A stretch of 62,200 nucleotides of DNA, the filler included. It is 4 parts of 4 records of this genome, joined end to end, with 100 filler letters (N's around TTAATTAATTAA, not from the genome) between each part and the next. Parts side by side here need not be neighbours in the genome. Positions count along the whole stretch, not along the records: positions 51,568 to 62,200 come from SRR20825019_3116; 3 more parts are not named here. One strand, written 5' to 3'. This document shows positions 60,012-62,200 of the stretch, in pieces. The notes beneath the pieces were generated by a model, which was not told where the DNA came from, made no database searches, and saw only the letters and a list, made by a program, of their open reading frames with translations. How positions within the stretch are numbered: the first letter of the stretch is position 1; each line of letters starts with the position of its first letter. A program made the translations under genes and the position numbers.

Positions 60012-60518
60012 TCAACGATCCGGTTTCAGGAAGACTTCGAGGCGCCCGCCATTCCGTCGCACCTTGGAAAGCGGGCCCTCGAAGCTGATCACCGCGAGGC
60101 CGCAAGTGGGAAAGCCGGAAGCCGTTGCCTGCATGGCCTGTTGATCCCCCGCGGCAGGAAGTTCGAATGCAAGATCCTCCATCATCGGATTGTGCCCTAC
60201 CACCAACAGTGTGCTGGCCGCCGGAGCTTCGCGCACGGCCTGGAGGTAATCGGCTGCGTCGGAATTGTACAATTCCCGGATCATATTCGTTTTGGGCGGT
60301 TGCTCGAAGAGCGTTGAGACGACGGACTCCAGGGTTTCGACGGCACGCCTTGCCGGCGAACACAAAACCAGATCGGGAATCAATCCGCTGGTGCGCATGC
60401 GCTGACCGAGTTTTCTGGCGTCAGTCTGTCCCGAATGGGTCAAAGCGCGCTCGAAATCCGACATGCCGGGCGCCGCCCAGCCGGCTTTCGCGTGACGGAG
60501 CAGGAGGAGCCGGGACAT
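60012..60518 (-). CDS. sixA: Phosphohistidine phosphatase SixA
   Basis: LLRHAKA, D.ER.L, SPA.RA.ET, VVGHNP. Confidence 0.88.
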   Translation of the reverse strand: MSRLLLLRHAKAGWAAPGMSDFERALTHSGQTDARKLGQRMRTSGLIPDLVLCSPARRAVETLESVVSTLFEQPPKTNMIRELYNSDAADYLQAVREAPAASTLLVVGHNPMMEDLAFELPAAGDQQAMQATASGFPTCGLAVISFEGPLSKVRRNGGRLEVFLKPDR

Positions 60519-60783
60519 TAAAGAAATCCGGAAAAAACTGGAGGAAACGTGCCTGATACACTCCAGATTAAGCCGAGAATGGGAAGTTTTTCTGTCATTT
60601 CACTCTCCGTAGAACTCCTTCCAGCCTTATCGGGAGTTTATACGCATCGCGCATCTGGAGTAGGAGATATCCACTTTTTCCGCCGCAATTAACAAAAGCG
60701 TGAAGCATGCGGCCTTTGTGCTTGTGGTTGTGGGGGCGGGTGAATATATAGGCGCGGGCGTCACAACATCTCAGGGTGACTCG

Positions 60784-61200
60784 ATGAATGAGCTCAGTAA
60801 TGCCGAATACGTGCCCACCGAGGACGAGCCCTTCATGAATGAGCGCCAACGTTCATATTTCCGTGCGAAATTGTTGCGTTGGAAAAGCGATATTCTGAAA
60901 GAAGCGCGTGAGACCCTCGAGGCACTGCAACAGGAAAGTGCAAACCACCCGGACCTCGCAGACCGAGCGTCGTCCGAAACGGATCGTGCAATCGAATTGC
61001 GAGCGCGTGACCGTCAGCGCAAGCTGATCTCCAAGATCGATGCCGCCCTGCAGCGGATCGAGGAGGGGACTTACGGGTATTGCGAGGAGACGGGTGAACC
61101 AATTTCACTGAAACGTCTCGATGCGCGCCCGATCGCCACGTTGTCGATCGAGGCACAGGAACGTCATGAACGTCGTGAGAAAGTCTATCGCGACGATTGA
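60784..61200 (+). CDS. dksA: RNA polymerase-binding protein DksA
   Basis: Start ATG 60784; EPFMNERQ..YF, DLADRASSE, RDRQRKLI.KID, YGYCEETGEPI..KRL.ARPIATLS. Confidence 0.95.
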   Translation: MNELSNAEYVPTEDEPFMNERQRSYFRAKLLRWKSDILKEARETLEALQQESANHPDLADRASSETDRAIELRARDRQRKLISKIDAALQRIEEGTYGYCEETGEPISLKRLDARPIATLSIEAQERHERREKVYRDD

Positions 61201-61241
61201 TTTTTGTTACAGGCTTGGACGGAAGTTTGTCTTGTTTGTAC

Positions 61242-61269
61242 GCGCCACCCTCCGGGTTGGCGCTTTTTT
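61242..61269 (+). terminator. Intrinsic terminator after dksA
   Basis: GCGCCACCC-TCC-GGGTTGGCGC followed by T6. Confidence 0.75.
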
Positions 61270-61323
61270 CTTGCCTGGAATGCGCTCGAATGGGAGGTGC
61301 CCGAAAAGGGCTGTCGCCAATCG

Positions 61324-62187
61324 TCAGTGCTTTTGCTCCGAAAGCTCTTCGAGCAGCCTGCTCATTTCATCTTCGAGTGTGTGCTCGCTGGCGCTCTCCT
61401 GAGGGCTGGAACGCTCCGCGCGTGAAACATCGAGGTCGACAACAGGGGCGTCACTGGTGCGGGGCGCCTGCACCTCGTCCTGTGTTTGCGGGCGTTCACT
61501 CAAATGATCGGCTGCTGGCTCGCGCTTTGGGGCGGAGGGCGTTACCGCGGCCAGAGTACCAGCCGACGTTGCAGCAACGGCGGGCCGTGCAGAGATCGAT
61601 GTGACAGATTCACGGAGAGGCTGCGCCCCCTCTGCCGGGTATCGACGCGGGGCGGGTACTGGGGTTGGGGCCGGAGCGGACGCTGGTGTCGGCCGGCTGG
61701 CTATCTGGATCTCACGGTGCGGCGTTGCAGGCCTGCGCTCGGGCTCCGGCGTTTCTTTTTCTCCCGAAGAGGGCGCGGAGGAGGTCGTATCTCCCTCGCT
61801 GTCCGGTTCACCGACGATCAAAGGTTCCGGTTCCGCCGGTGACGGTCGCTCTTCGCGGGTATGGACACTGGGCTCAGATTGAGCAGAAGGCGTTCCTCCG
61901 ATATTGGCTTCAATCACCAGATCGGTCGGTCCGCCTATGAGAATAAGATGTTCGACCTCGTCGCGGCGCACCAGGACAAGGCGCCTGTTATTGTCCACAG
62001 GAGTGGCGTCCGTTACTGCCAGACGTGGCTGCCTGCCCCGTGTACCAGAAATGAAGGTTCCGGCAGTAAAACGACGATTGACCCGTACAAAAACGAGAAG
62101 AACAATCGCGACGGCAACGAGAATGATCGTCCAGAAGGCCGCGGTTGCGTAAGCCTCTCCAAATATTCCCACAAGCCAATCGCGCAT
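61324..62187 (-). CDS. FliO-like single-TM protein with Pro-rich tail
   Basis: N-terminal TM; RQPRLAV.D..PVD..RRLVLVRRD.VEHLILIGGPTDLVIE; C-terminal LEDEMSRLL helix. Confidence 0.75.
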   Translation of the reverse strand: MRDWLVGIFGEAYATAAFWTIILVAVAIVLLVFVRVNRRFTAGTFISGTRGRQPRLAVTDATPVDNNRRLVLVRRDEVEHLILIGGPTDLVIEANIGGTPSAQSEPSVHTREERPSPAEPEPLIVGEPDSEGDTTSSAPSSGEKETPEPERRPATPHREIQIASRPTPASAPAPTPVPAPRRYPAEGAQPLRESVTSISARPAVAATSAGTLAAVTPSAPKREPAADHLSERPQTQDEVQAPRTSDAPVVDLDVSRAERSSPQESASEHTLEDEMSRLLEELSEQKH

Positions 62188-62200
62188 TCGTTCACTCCAC

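Noticed and set aside
60784-61200. DksA lacking the four-Cys zinc finger
   Set aside because: One-Cys DksA is normal in alphaproteobacteria

Overview
The window is not one genomic locus. It is four unrelated contigs joined by 100-nt spacers (N44-TTAATTAATTAA-N44) at 8379-8478, 28715-28814 and 51468-51567. (1) 1-8378: GC-rich Rhodobacteraceae-like alphaproteobacterium (gcrA end, Dabb protein, pabB, cueR with its operator, TPP enzyme plus class III CoA-transferase, TTC38-like TPR protein, opgC, start of opgG). (2) 8479-28714: a compact eukaryotic (protist-like) contig with short GT-AG introns. It encodes a four-domain EEEE voltage-gated Ca channel, ceramide synthase, tRNA-Sec with upstream TATA box, front-end fatty acid desaturase, anoctamin, CCDC61/VFL3, SMN, and a secreted protein with an apparently circularly permuted SRCR domain; its upstream intergenic regions are very GC-rich and hairpin-dense. 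(3) 28815-51467: AT-rich Flavobacteriaceae-like contig with housekeeping genes (dnaK, umuDC with two GGA-N5-TCC boxes, sdaA, panB, RluA, M16 peptidase, comM, pgi, gap, pfkA). It carries an accessory block at 38876-44517: a four-gene cassette (exported protein, multi-TM protein, histidine kinase, NarL regulator) divergent from a three-gene operon (Cys-rich vWA protein and two unknown proteins), whose first two genes each carry a copy of the same structured 5' leader. This block is the best candidate for an undescribed system. (4) 51568-62200: Rhizobiales-like contig (GPR/RgsE-like polar protein, Hpt, ferredoxin, folPBK, ycjXF, sixA, dksA, FliO-like). Family assignments come from motif recognition only; no database searches were run.
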